This document shows, piece by piece, positions 30,701 to 46,100 of a stretch of DNA of 64,000 nt. Under the pieces are notes generated by a model, which ran no database searches, was not told the DNA's origin, and was given only the letters and a program-made list of their open reading frames with translations. The stretch comes from Vicugna vicugna (Eukaryota). The position numbers and the translations under genes were made by a program. The DNA is taken from positions 932,591 to 996,590 of the forward strand of contig MU058039.1 of assembly GCA_013265495.1 (NCBI GenBank), in the 5' to 3' direction. Each line of letters begins with the position of its first letter. Within the stretch, counting starts at the first letter, position 1.

Positions 30701-33057
30701 ACAGTGGGAGAACACTTGGAGGAACAGAACTGGTTCCCTGGGCAGAAAAGGAGGATTCCCAGGGTAGTGGGAGATGCCAGTGGGTCTACAGAAGTCACAG
30801 AGACAGGTACCACTTAATGAGCACTTACTCAGGAAAGAAGCTGTGTTTTCCCTGCTTCATCTCACATCCTCACAATGGCCTTTGTGAGCCTGGCATGTCG
30901 TGGGTGCTCAATGAATGTTTACTGAAGATAGTAAGTGGATGAGGTAGGAATGATTCCCAGGTTACAGAAAGGAAACTGAGGGTCTGAGAAGTGATGTTTC
31001 AGCTTGTAAAGGCCAGAGCTTGGTTTGGATGGGAAGGAAAGCATTCCAGGTGGGTAGAAATTCCCCCAATGAGGCAGGAAGGCAACTGATGGCCATTGAA
31101 AAGGGATTCTGAGAAGGGAGGATGATTTGATGTTCTGTAGGTTGGTGAGCTGAGCAGATAAGAAGAGGGGGTCAAATAATAACAACCCTAACCATTTCTA
31201 GCTCTTCCTGTACTTCAGGCATGTATTCTGCCCTTTACAGTGGGTCCTAACCACATCCTTATGAATAGACACTATTATGATCCTCATTTTACAGAGGAGG
31301 AAACTGAGACTCAGAGAGATGAGCTCACTTGACGGAGGTCACACAACCAGTCAGTGGCAGAGCCGGGGCTTGAACCCAGGCCTGTCTGGCCGCAGAGCCC
31401 TCGCTCACAATGGGAGGGGGTCTGTGTAAGGGCATCGGCTGTGCCAGGGGTCCCGGCTCTGAGGCCGCCAATCTCCCCCAGTCCCACGTGGATAGCGACT
31501 CCTCCTCCAGTCACAGCCGCCAGGAGACACCTCCAACCGCCGCGGCGGCCCCCATCGTCACGGTGGAGTCAGCTTCGGGCTTCGGGCCAGCCACGCCCCC
31601 CCAGCGCCGCCGCTCGTCTGCTCAGGTGCGACCTCCGACCCCAGCAGAAGTCTGGGGCTCAGGGTGGAATGGGGCCTGGGATGGGGCAGGGCGCGCTGGA
31701 GTCCCGAAGTGGGCGGGAGCTGAGGCAGAAGAGGGGTGAGAAACCACAAACAGATCCTACTGGATGGCTGACGTGACATGGGGAGTGGGGAGCTTGGAGG
31801 CCTTGGTTCTTCCGAAGGTTGGGTGAGGGCTTCCTGTGTCTCCTGCGCTCTTGGAGATTGGAAAGTTCTGAATTCCACAGGGGTTTAGGGGACGACTTTG
31901 AGCACATTAGCGGGTTGCTGGTACAAATGGAAGAAGTGCTTTAGACTGTTTAATTCACGAGGGTGGGGCTTGGTATCTAAGGGGGTAAAAAGGATCTGGG
32001 GACCAGACTCTCGCGTCCTAAAGGAGGAGATAGCTGGGGTCCAGAACTCCCGAATCTGAGAGTAGAGGGGGCTGGGGGCTGGGATCTCGGATCTTTAGAG
32101 GGCAAGACTGAGAGCCTGGACCACTGGGTCCTTAAGGTGTGTGGGCTTGGTTCCTGGATTCTTCTGTCGGTCTCTAGACTTCCTCTGTCTTTGGGAGAGG
32201 AGTGGGCTGGAGTATTAGAACTCTGAATACCAGACCCACGCAGTCAGGATCCCAGGACAGGATCCTAGGATGAATGAGGCCTGTGGCTGGGTCTTTAGAA
32301 TTTCGGATCTTCTAAGTACGGAATGGATGGTGGTGGAATGTTGGGGATCACAGACCCCACTGACCTATTCTCCTGTCCCTTCGTTCCGCAGAGCTTCCCT
32401 CCACTCCTACCTTTCACGGGGATTCCGGAGCCTTCAGAGCCCCTGGCCGGGGCAGGGGGCCCGGGCTGGGGCGGCCGCGGCTACGAGGATTACCGGCGCG
32501 CCGGGCCGCCTGCGCCTCTCGCCCTGTCCACCTGTGTCGTGCGCTTCGCCAAAACCGGAGCGCTGAGGGGCGCAGCCCTCGGGCCCCCTGGGGCCCTACC
32601 CACTCCTCTCACTGAGGCTGCGCCCCCAGCGCCCCCGGCTCGCCCACCCCCGGGCCCCGGCCCGGTCCCAGCGCCGGCCAAGGCCTCCCCCGAGGCGGAG
32701 GAGGCAGCGCGCTGCGTGCACTGCCGCGCGCTCTTCCGTCGTCGTGCGGATGGGCGTGGCGGCCGCTGCGCCGAGGCCCCGGACCCGGGTCGCTTGCTGG
32801 TTCGCTGGCTCAGCTGCCTGTGGTGCGCCGAAAGCTTGCTCTACCACTGCCTGTCGGACGCCGAGGGCGACTTCTCGGACCCGTGCGCCTGCGAGCCGGG
32901 CCACCCGCGCCCCGCCGCGCGCTGGGCGGCGCTGGCCGCGCTCTCCCTCGCCGTTCCCTGCCTCTGCTGCTACGCGCCCCTGCGCGCATGCCACTGGGTT
33001 GCGGCGCGATGCGGCTGCGCCGGCTGCGGGGGTCGCCACGAGGAGGCGGCACGGTGA
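27798..33057 (+). CDS. SPRED3: Sprouty-related EVH1 domain-containing protein 3, 410 aa
   Basis: Exons 27798-27974, 29133-29301, 29398-29474, 31482-31625, 32392-33057 (1233 nt). EVH1 domain ([17 protein letters not shown]) and Cys-rich SPR domain ([27 protein letters not shown]). Confidence 0.97.
31996..32230 (+). repeat. Degenerate ~37-38 bp minisatellite (MSR1-like)
   Basis: Units start at 31996, 32034, 32072, 32108 and 32146 (spacing 38/38/36/38). Confidence 0.6.
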
Positions 33058-34725
33058 GGATGGCCTGGTGGGTCCGGTAGCCAGACTGAGGACCCAAAAT
33101 TGAGGGTCTAGGACCCCGGACTCTGTTCAGACCCCAAACCCAAACCTAGGCACACTTGGATCTTGGAGCTTGAGTTTGGATTGAGAAACCCCAGACCTGG
33201 AACCTAGACCCCAAATCTAGGACTGAGAGACCCTAAACCCAGCTTCATTGGGATGTCTGTCCAAGAGGTCCCAGGCATCCTGAGTTCTGGAGTCCCCGTT
33301 CTCCACCCCCAACCCCTCTGACCTAGACTGAGGAGACCCAGGGATTCCCAGACTCCACCTCAGGCAGGCAGGGGAGCACACGGATTCCTGAGAGTGCAGG
33401 ACCCTGAATCCTGACTCCTTGTTTAAATTACCAACCTAGACCCAGTCATGCCTGGCACCATGAACCCTCAGATTACAGCCCCAGAATTAGTCAGGAGTTG
33501 CCAGTACCTGACCCTGCCTGTATACAATTACACCCAGATCTTGAGACTATAGGACCCAGAATCACCCCCAAGTGGTTCCCGAATGCTCACCTAAAACCTG
33601 GGGCACCTGTGTCTGAGATGTTCTTGTAGCCCCAGGACTTCTTAGATGCCAAATCTTAAGATATCCTGAGTCCTTGGATGTGCTCAAATGGATGTTCTCT
33701 TACCAAAGGACTTGGAAGACCCATCTTAGAGTCCTTCTCCCCCACACTCACCACCCAAGATCCAGAATTCAGATCAAGATGCTTTGGGAGCCAGGGATCA
33801 AAGACCTCTGTAGACACACCCATACTAGGCCAGTGTTCCAAGGAGCTTTAGATCTCATATATAGGACTCTGAGGTGCCTGGTACCCCCAGATGTAGAACT
33901 GAAGGTCACCAACACCTCAGGTCCCAAGACACTGGTTCCAAGCCCTCAGATGGCCCTTTTCCAACTCTCCTTGGACTCAATTTCAAGCCCCAGAATGTCC
34001 TGGAATCTTTAACTTCTTTGTACCCACAGATCCCCAATCTCCTAAAGGCTGAAAGCTCAGCTCCCAGAAGATGGGATGTTCATGGCCACTCAGACCTCTG
34101 ACTCCTTGATGCCCCCAGCCCCTGAATGGCCCAAGGTGCTTTAGGAGCACTGGATCCAAGGCCCTGAGGTGCCACTGACCCCCCCAATTCAGGGCTCAAG
34201 CCTGCATAATATTGAGATTGTCCCTGACCCAAGACCTTGGTCCCTCCATGCCAGAGACAGTCAGATCCAAGGTGCCCCAGGACCCTAGCATCTTCAGATT
34301 CCAGATTTCTTTGGATTCAGACCTCTCTAGCCTGATATTCTCCAGGTCCAGCTTGAGCATCCCCTGAGATCTCCTGCCCCTTGAATCCTGCCGTACATAG
34401 GCCCCTGAGACCCCAAGTTTCCAGACTCTGGAATTCTAGTCCCAGGGTTGCAGCATCCTGCAGAACTACCCCTTTACCCTAGGGGAAAAAACCATTTTGA
34501 CTAATATTCTTGGATTCCAGGACCATCCAAGTGCTCCCTGCTCCCATTTCTAGGACCCAGCATTACCATAGACAATTGTGCAGGCTGTTCACTAAACAAA
34601 GGCACACGGACAAGGTGGTGAGTGGGGCTGGCCATGCTGTGCCCTCAGAGGAAGGTGTACATTTTTCTAAGTTGCACAGAGGCAGTTAGCTATGGCTCTG
34701 CTGGTACAAAATGTGTGCTCGTGCC

Positions 34726-34768
34726 CGTGCGTGCGCGCGCGCGCGCGCGCACACACACACACTCTCTC
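34726..34768. repeat. Compound (GC)9(AC)6(TC)n dinucleotide repeat
   Basis: Seen directly; uninterrupted purine-pyrimidine alternation 34726-34762. Confidence 0.9.
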
Positions 34769-36059
34769 TTGGCTTTGCAGTCTTAGCCCTCTTCCAAGCC
34801 TTTTATGTTCTGCCCCTCTGTTAACCCCTTCTCTTCCATCTCAAAGTTGGGGGGCACTTCAGAAAGTTTGAAACCTTGTTTCACAGCACTCTGAGACCGG
34901 TCTTCTTGGGGAAGGGGGATTCCACAGTCTCTTCACCCGAGTGGATTGGGACTCCCAGAGTACCTCAGTTCTGATGGCTCGCATGGGGGGATCAAGGTCT
35001 TGGAACAAGACAATCTCAGTATTGTATGGGCTTGGGACCCGTATCTGGTCCCAAGCACCTGGAAATATGCACTTACCTTTCTTCATTACCCAGACTTGGA
35101 TGGCCTTGTAGGGGTTCAAGGTATAGGTCAAGGGGGCCAGAGGGATGGATCCTTCTGTCACTTCCTTTAAATTATTAACTATTTATTACATCCGGAACCT
35201 GTGAGATTCAGCTCTCTCAACCAGACCCTGGGATGGGTGAGAGAAAAGGGGGGGTGTCCCTCCCATCCCCACTCTGCCCAGCTCTCATCACTGTCAGACC
35301 CACCAGAGCTGAGGGCGGAGGGACTGGGGGCTGGGGCTGCCTGGGTCCCCATCCCCCTCTCTGTGCCTCGGTCTCCTCCCTTCCGTGGTGGGCGGGGGGA
35401 AGCTCCATTCTTAACCTACCTCGTTTTGGGGAGGGGTGGGACAGGGGGACCAGAGTGCTGTAAGGTGCTGTGGGATCTGTGGATGAAGTGGTGGGGGCTG
35501 GGGGATGGTTCCCTGGCTCCCACCTCCCAGCACCGCCTCTCCCAGGTCTCCCGGTCCTGCTCCCTGCTAATACCCACCTCTGATCCATGATTACTCTTCA
35601 TCACCCTGAAGTCAGGGGTGCATGGAGGGCTGACCCTGGGAGCCAGGAGACCTCAGATCCTGGAGCCCCCAGACCCAATTTCCCAGCTGCTTGCCCCTTG
35701 GATTGGCTGCTTGGCTCCCAGCCTTGGGGGAGGCACTCCCACATTAATCTTCCTGATCTTGATTCTAAGCCAGTCTGTGACCTCAATATTGTTCTCATCA
35801 GTGCAGGCTGAAGTAGTGGGGAAGGATGGGGGCCAAAGACCCAGCCTTGTCATCAGGGGAGGGGGGCATGAGATATTGGCTCCAAGAAATGTCTGTGACA
35901 AAGTCTCAGCCTGTGTTCTTTATTTGCATTGATGCACCCCATCCACTCACCTTCCTGAACCACCAGACCAGTCCTCTACCCGTATCCTCCTTTCCCCTCC
36001 CCACCGTTTAGTCCCAAGCAGACCCTCTGGCTAGTTTTATACATCTAGTCACTCTACAG

Positions 36060-36860
36060 GTCCATTTATTAAACACCTATTTTACACAAAGCCCTGTTCT
36101 AGGCACAGTGGATAAAGTAGTGAACAGAACAGAAAAAAAATCCTTTCCCACGAGGAGCTTATGAACTTTAGAGTAAAGGAGACAATAAATAAATGACATG
36201 TTAGAAATGATATCTACTATAAAGAAATAATCAAGTGGAGATGAGGGATTTAGGCAATTGCAGCCAGGGTAGTCAGGGAGGCCCCAGTGAGGAGCTAGCA
36301 TTTGAATAAAGCCCCAAAGGAGATGAGGGAGCCCTATGGATGTATGTGGGAAGAGTATTCCTGATAAAGGGGACGGTCGGTCGTGCAAAGCCCTCAGGGA
36401 GGAGTATGCCTGGTAAGCCTGAGGGACTTCAAGGGAGATGGAGGGGAGGAAGCAGGGAGGACGTTACTGAGGAGATGAAGGCAGAAGGGTGACAGGAAAG
36501 ATCTGTAGGGGCCTGCAAGCCACTGCATGGACTTGGTGTTCACCCTGAGTGAGATGGAGCTACAGGAAGGCTCCAAGCAGGGGGTGGGGGATGTGACTTG
36601 ACTCAGGTGTCCAAAAGTTCCCTCTGGCTGCCTGTGGGGGACAGACACTGGGGTAGGGGGGCATAGAGATAGAGAGGAGGCTGTTGTGATGGTCCAGGGG
36701 AGACAGTGGTGCACAGGACCAGGGTGAGAGCAGTTGGGATGGGGAAAGAAGTGGGCAGGATACTAGATCTGTTTTGAAGGTCAAGTCTACCAATTGAGAT
36801 ATGGATGTTTGCTACAAAGAGAGGAGTCAAGGTTATGACTCCAAGGCTTTGGCTTGAGCA
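36060..36860 (+). mobile_element. L2 fragment
   Basis: catttattaaacacctattt...ggcacagtgg...gggtagtcagggaggcc...ccctctggctgcctgtgggg; typical L2 3' region. Confidence 0.7.
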
Positions 36861-38057
36861 ATTTTTAATATTTTATTAAGGTTAACAAATGCCCCTCTGA
36901 GTACCCAGCCCTGGGGTAGGCAGGACTATGGAGGAACTAGATTAAGGGTAGGCTCTGCCCCTGAGGAGCAAGTTCTGGCCTTTCTTCCCTGAGGCTCTAC
37001 TCCAAGTCCACTTTTTCACTCTCAGAAGAATTATCTAGAAACTACTGGAGACCAGAATAAAATCAGGAATAGATTAAATGTGAAACAATAATTTTATCAA
37101 CAGCTACAGAAACAATAGCAATACTATAGGTTAAGTGGTTAGAAGCCTGGACTTTGGAATCATCTGACTTTGAGTCCTGGCACCACCATGCATTCAGTCT
37201 GTGACTCACCCTCTCTGAATCTGTTTTCCATAAAATATCTTTCACTCTAAAGATAAGATACTTATCCCAGTAGCACGCATGAAATGCTCAATATATGTTG
37301 GCACTTTAAATTGAGTACCCCTCATTTGTCCTCTAAGCACTTACATATAGGACTCTAATTCTCACAAACAACTGTTTGAGGTAGGTGTTATTATCCTCAT
37401 AACACAGAAGGGAAGCAATCTGGCAGGGATATAGTGGTGGTGAGTGGTGGAGTCAAAACAAACCCTAACCCTTGCCTCTTAATCATGATGTTGCACCTGC
37501 TCCCTCTCTCCAAGGTTTAGGGAGGTCCAAAGGGCGCATTATGATCGATAAGGACTAACTTTGTTGTGTGTGCGTGTGTGTGTCCCTGACAGAATTCTAA
37601 CTCTAAGGAGGAAAGGAGGAAACAAGTTTCTAGACTTGGAGCAGAGCTGGGAGAACAATATTTGGTCGAGGGTGCTTTAAGAGCAGAGGGCATCAGAAAG
37701 CGGCTGAGGAAGACGAAACCGTAACTGCGTCTTTGTCGCAGCAGTAGAGGCACCCGGTGGTCTGTCGGGACAGCCGGGGTCCTGAACGCCTGCTCTGGGT
37801 TTACAGAGTCCGGGCGGAGGGGGAAGGGGTGGGGGTGGGGTCCAGACTGGTTACTCTAAGGGCGGTGCTCTAGTACTCCGCAAGGGCGGACCTGGGGACG
37901 GGTTCTGCCTCCTCCTATACCAATTGGAACGACGAAGGTCCTTAGCGAGAAAAGGCTGATTGGTCAGTTACGGGGGCCGGGTGCGCACGACGTTCCTGGG
38001 GCGGAGCCTCCCGCCGGCCGGCAGGGGGCGCATGCCCGGCGAAGAGGAGACGCTTTC

Positions 38058-41308
<3,251 letters not shown>

Positions 41309-41488
41309 AGGGGGACTGGTGGTTGGGGGAGGGATCCTCTGTGAGATGCTGACATTGAAAATCTCTAAGGAGTCACTCTGAGGGTTTCTCTTGGCACTTG
41401 GCACCCGGGCCCCCTATCCCCTGTTCCTGAGGCCCCCAGTGTCCTTCCCCCATCTACCATTCAACACCAAGCACCACGTCCTCTGGAA

Positions 41489-41500
41489 AATAAATTTAAT
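41489..41500. terminator. Abutting poly(A) signals: AATAAA (+, FAM98C) and ATTAAA (-, candidate for RASGRP4)
   Basis: Sequence AATAAATTTAAT between the two convergent genes. Confidence 0.65.
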
Positions 41501-42657
41501 TTACAACAGCCCTCAGAGCTCTGTGTGTAGGGGCCAGATCAGGGATGCTCGGGTTTGAGGAGGGGTAGGGGGTCTCTGTCCTCCGGGTCTGAACAGGCCC
41601 CCACTGCTCTGGCCCCTATAGTCCTTTGCTCCTCAGCAACACCTTTCCCTCCCCGTGGGCATGCAGGCACTGGACAGACATCAGTCAGGTACGTACCACA
41701 TGCCAGCCCTGTTCTGGATTGGGGATACAGATGATAAATCCCCCTGGTCTTCTGGAGCTAACATTGCTGGTGAGGAAGGCAGACAAGAAAGTATAGTTTG
41801 TCAGATGGGGAAAGGGCTTTAGAGAAAAATAAAGGAGGAAGGCTGGGTAGGGACCCTAGGGGGATTACAACTTGAAGTGTGATCAGGGAAGTCCTCACTG
41901 AAAAGGTGGCCCTTGAGCTAAGTCCCAAAGAGCCAGGTGGACCTCTGAGGGAGAGTCTTCCAGGTAGAGGGGTTGGCCAGTGCAAAGGCCCTGAGGTAGG
42001 AGTATTTTTGGCATGATCCGGGGCCATCAGAGGCCAGTGTAGGTGAAGCAGGATGAATGAGGGGGTGAGTGGTGGCAGGGGAGGTTGGAGAAGTGATGGA
42101 GGAGGGATGTGATCTTACTCAGGTATCTGCAGGCTCCCTCCCTGGTCCATCCAGCCTTCTCTCCTGTCTGGAACCTCAGAATTTGGAACTCTGCCTCCCA
42201 CCCCCGTCCCCTCCTGCTCCTGACCTATGCTGACCATCAGTGTAACATATTGGGCAGGAGCTTCTCTTTTTGAGGCAGACAGAAGACCTGGGTGTGAGTC
42301 CTGCCTCCAACACTTAGGAGTTCTGCTCCCTTGGGTGAGCAGTTTAACCTCACTGGGCCTGTTTCCTTATCTGTAAAATGGAGATTTAAGGAATTGGTGA
42401 GGTGATGCCTAAGTAAATGTATCCAACATGGAGCTGCACAGATAGTAAGTGCAAGAAAAGGGAGTAGGATTAATAGCCACTCTGATGCAAAAGAAGAAAA
42501 TAACTCTTTTGGAGTAAGAGATGATGGGTGCTTCAGCAAAGACAGCGTGGATGGGAAGAAGGCAGTGCCTTTGGGGGTTCTGCTGGAGGCCAAATAAAAG
42601 GACTTGAAAGTGACTCTGGGGGAGGGAGTGGGGGCGAGGAGGAGACCAAGGCGACAT

Positions 42658-42714
42658 CTAGGAATTCAGCTTGGAGGACTGGGTGGGTGGTGGGGCCGTT
42701 GCTGGGAGGGGAAC
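42658..42714 (-). other. RASGRP4: Ancestral terminal coding exon of RASGRP4 (VPLPATAPPPTQSSKLNS*), now downstream of a premature stop
   Basis: ttccag| acceptor, in frame with the exon-16 donor, ends in TAG; resembles the human C-terminus ...SSKLDS as recalled. Confidence 0.85.
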
Positions 42715-43177
42715 CTGGAAGGAAGAAGACATTGGGGGATGCGGGGAGTGTCCGATGTCCAGGAGTTTCACCCAGACTTGTTAAAGTGGATGGATGAATG
42801 TCCCCTGTGGATTTTTTTAAACTCAATCTGAGAGTCCCCACTTTTGAATAGCGGAGTTTATTCCACTATTTACTATATTCCTGATACATTTGGCCTAATT
42901 CTTGCCATCTTGTAGTTTTCTTTTTTTCTTCCTAAAATCCCTTTTTTGTTCTACTACTGGTTACATCTTCCCCCCAACATACTGAAATTTCTATTTTTCC
43001 ATCAACATTAAAAATGAACCAGTATCTATACTGTCTGACCCAAGCAACTGAAGACTCTTACATATTTTAACTTTCCTGTGCTGCCTCAAATCCGTCTGGG
43101 TTCCCCCAGGCAAGTGGGCTGGTCTCCCTGTATTCATTTGAGGGTAGGGGGCAGTTCCTCCTCACCGTCTCTGGTTC

Positions 43178-46100
43178 TCAGGAAGGATGGGGGTGCTTGA
43201 TCTGGGTCCAGTCATGGCGAACGTTGCATGTGGTCCCAGGTTCCAGAGATAGTGTGTAGGAGAGATTGTCCTCAGAGCCTGTTTGTGGGGATGTGGGGAT
43301 GAGAGAAAGGGCCTCATGACTTTGAAATTAACCTCCATCCAACAGGCCCCCTTCCCAGGACTGCTATACCCTGGGTCTTACCACAGCTGGCGTGGGGCAC
43401 TGGTGTGGGTGGGACAGGTGCTCCTGGGGGGCTCCCATCGCCCTTGGCCCCTGGCCTCTTCTTACACTTCACCTTCACTTGGTCTCTGCAGTGTTTGTGG
43501 CAACACAGCCCACAGTCTGGGGAAAATTCTGCAGTCAGTGCCGGAGACCCAGTCTGTGACCCCTGTTCTTCCAGCTTGTGGGTCCTGGATTCCCCACCTC
43601 CCCCAACAATGCCCCACTTACCCTGACAGCGGTAGCCTTGCTTGGTGACACCCCAGAGCTGGGAAGAGACAGCAGAATAGGTTACCTAGGCTGGAGGAGG
43701 TGGGGCTGGGGTTGGGGTGGGGTTGCAGGCTGTCTGAAAGTGTGGAAACCATCCAGGTTTTGGAAATTGTCAAGGCTAGAGGCTTATGTGGGATCTGGGA
43801 GATTAGAGGAATTTGGAGGTTATCTCAAGTTTGGAGAAGTCATCTACAATATTAGAAATGGGTAAGATTGGAATAAATAAAACATACATCCTATGGGCAG
43901 GGATTACATTTTCTGTTTCCTGCTGTGCTCCCCGAGCCTAGAACTGTGCCTGGCCCACAGGAGATGCTCAGTCTATATTCAGTGAATGAAAAAGTGAGTC
44001 TGGGAAGTAATCCAAGGTTTGTGAATTAGTCTTGGTTTGACATTGAGAGATTTGTCCATTATTCTATTCTAGAGTTTGAGGAGACCTTGAATTTGGAAAT
44101 TATTCAGGGTCTGAATTATCTGGGGTCTAGAGACTTGGAGATTGATTCTGTCTGGAGATAATGTACCCAGGTTTGCAGATTATCCAGGGTTTGGCACTTA
44201 TCCAGGATGGAGACTGTCTGGGCTTTGGGCATTATCTGGACTTCAGAATTATCCAGGATGTAGGGAATAGCCAGTGTTTAGGGTTCCTGTGAAGTGGGGG
44301 CATTCTTTGAGACTGGAGAATCTTCTGGGATTTGGGAATTTTCTGGGACTTGGGGACTACAAGCACTCCAGGGCAGGGCTGGTTTTCTGAGCCCAGGCTG
44401 TGAGGAGTTAGGACGCCGCAGGGGGAGATGGGCCTTTGGGGTGATGGCAGGCAGAGTGCTCACGAAGCCACTGCAGCTGACACAGAAGGCGGGCTTGCGG
44501 AAGTTGACCTCCTGGAAGGCATGCAGGAAGTCCAGGCCCAGCTTGGAGCAGATGGCGCTGGCCTGGAGCAGGTATTCTGTCACCTCCTCTCGGCTGAAGG
44601 AGCCACTCCTGGGGGAGAGATGGAGCTTCAGCAGGACTGGCCTCTTTCTCCCGGCAACCCCAGTGCCTTGTCTTAAGGGAACCCAGGAGTCAGGGGCACC
44701 TACCCCTGGCGGAGGGGTGGGTGAAGCCCGTGGCAGGCGAAGGGGAAGTTGCCTGAGAGTCGCTCAAAGTCCTCCTGAGAGATGGTGCCTCGGCCTTCAG
44801 GGTCATAATTCTTGAACACGGACTTCGGAGGAGCATGGGAGGGGAAAGTAAGGCCAAGTCAGGGTCCCCACGGTCTGTCTGAGATCCCTCCTCGGGCCCA
44901 GGGCTCCTCCTCACCTCCACCAGCTTCTCCACATGCTGACCTAGAGTGACCCTGTCGGGCTTGGGTGTCACGCCAGGGGCCCACTCCACCACCAGGTGCG
45001 TCTTGAAGGGGGAGTGTGGCTGGGGCAGGGACACAGGGGCACAGTTAGTCAGTGCAGAGGCTTGGGCTGGAGGCCTCAGGTCAGGGGTGGGCTCTCACCA
45101 GACTCTTGGGATAGCGGGGCTCCCGGAGGTAAGAAAGCTCATAGATCTTGTCCTCTGTGTAGAAGAGATCCAGGGAAAGCTGCGGGCAGGCGGGGTGTTA
45201 CATCCCGGCTCCATCCTCCTACCTACAGCCTGTGCCTGCCTGGACCCCCACTCTGATCCTCCTCCCAAAGCCCTTCTTCTCTGGGACTCCTAGGGTCCTC
45301 TTTCCCACTGAGCCCCCATTCATTCTCCACACTTCTGGTCCCCTAGTCCAGAAATGACGTCTTCTCACTGAGGCTTTTTTGATCCTATTTAAAATCGCAC
45401 CCCCCCGTCACTTTCTATGCCTGTTTCTGCTTTAATTTTCCCTACAGCACTTATTATCTAAAAGACCATATGATTTACTTTTCTTTGTTCATTGGCTATC
45501 TGCCCCACTAGGAAGTCAGCCCCACGAGAGCAGCAATTTTTTTCTGATGTGCTCACTGCTGTGAGCCTAAGTGCCTCAAGGAGTGCCTGGCTCCCAGCAA
45601 GTGCTCAGTAAATATTTGGGCTGATGGCCATTTAGAGTCAGCAAGGCCAAGCACCTTAGGCATCAATCAGCTCAGGGCAGGGTCAGCTTCATGGGCAGGC
45701 CCCACACTTAGAAGGGCCCTGACTTCATTTATAGCCCTGCTGTCACCATTTTGAAATTCTAACTTTCAAACAAGGAGCCCCACATTTTCAGTTTGCAACT
45801 GATCCTGTTTTAGGATCTGAAAAATCAGCTTTTCAATCTTAGATTACATGGACTGCAGAATCCAGTGTCTCTCAATTTATAGCTCCTCAGAATGGAAAAA
45901 AAATATGTAAAATAAAATACAGCCAGAATTCCACACTCCTAGTCTTAGAACATAGTGTGGTGGTTAACACAGGCTAACATTCATGGTCTGAAACTGGCCT
46001 GCTGTGGGACAGAGGGCAAGTGACCTTACCTCCGTGGGCCTCAGTTTTCCAATCTGTAGAATGGGTATGATAAGGTTCCCCTCGTCATAGGGCTGCGAGG

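Noticed and set aside
43178..43180. Selenocysteine recoding of the RASGRP4 TGA
   Set aside because: The position corresponds to Trp, not Cys; RasGRPs are not known selenoproteins; I could not identify a SECIS by eye.
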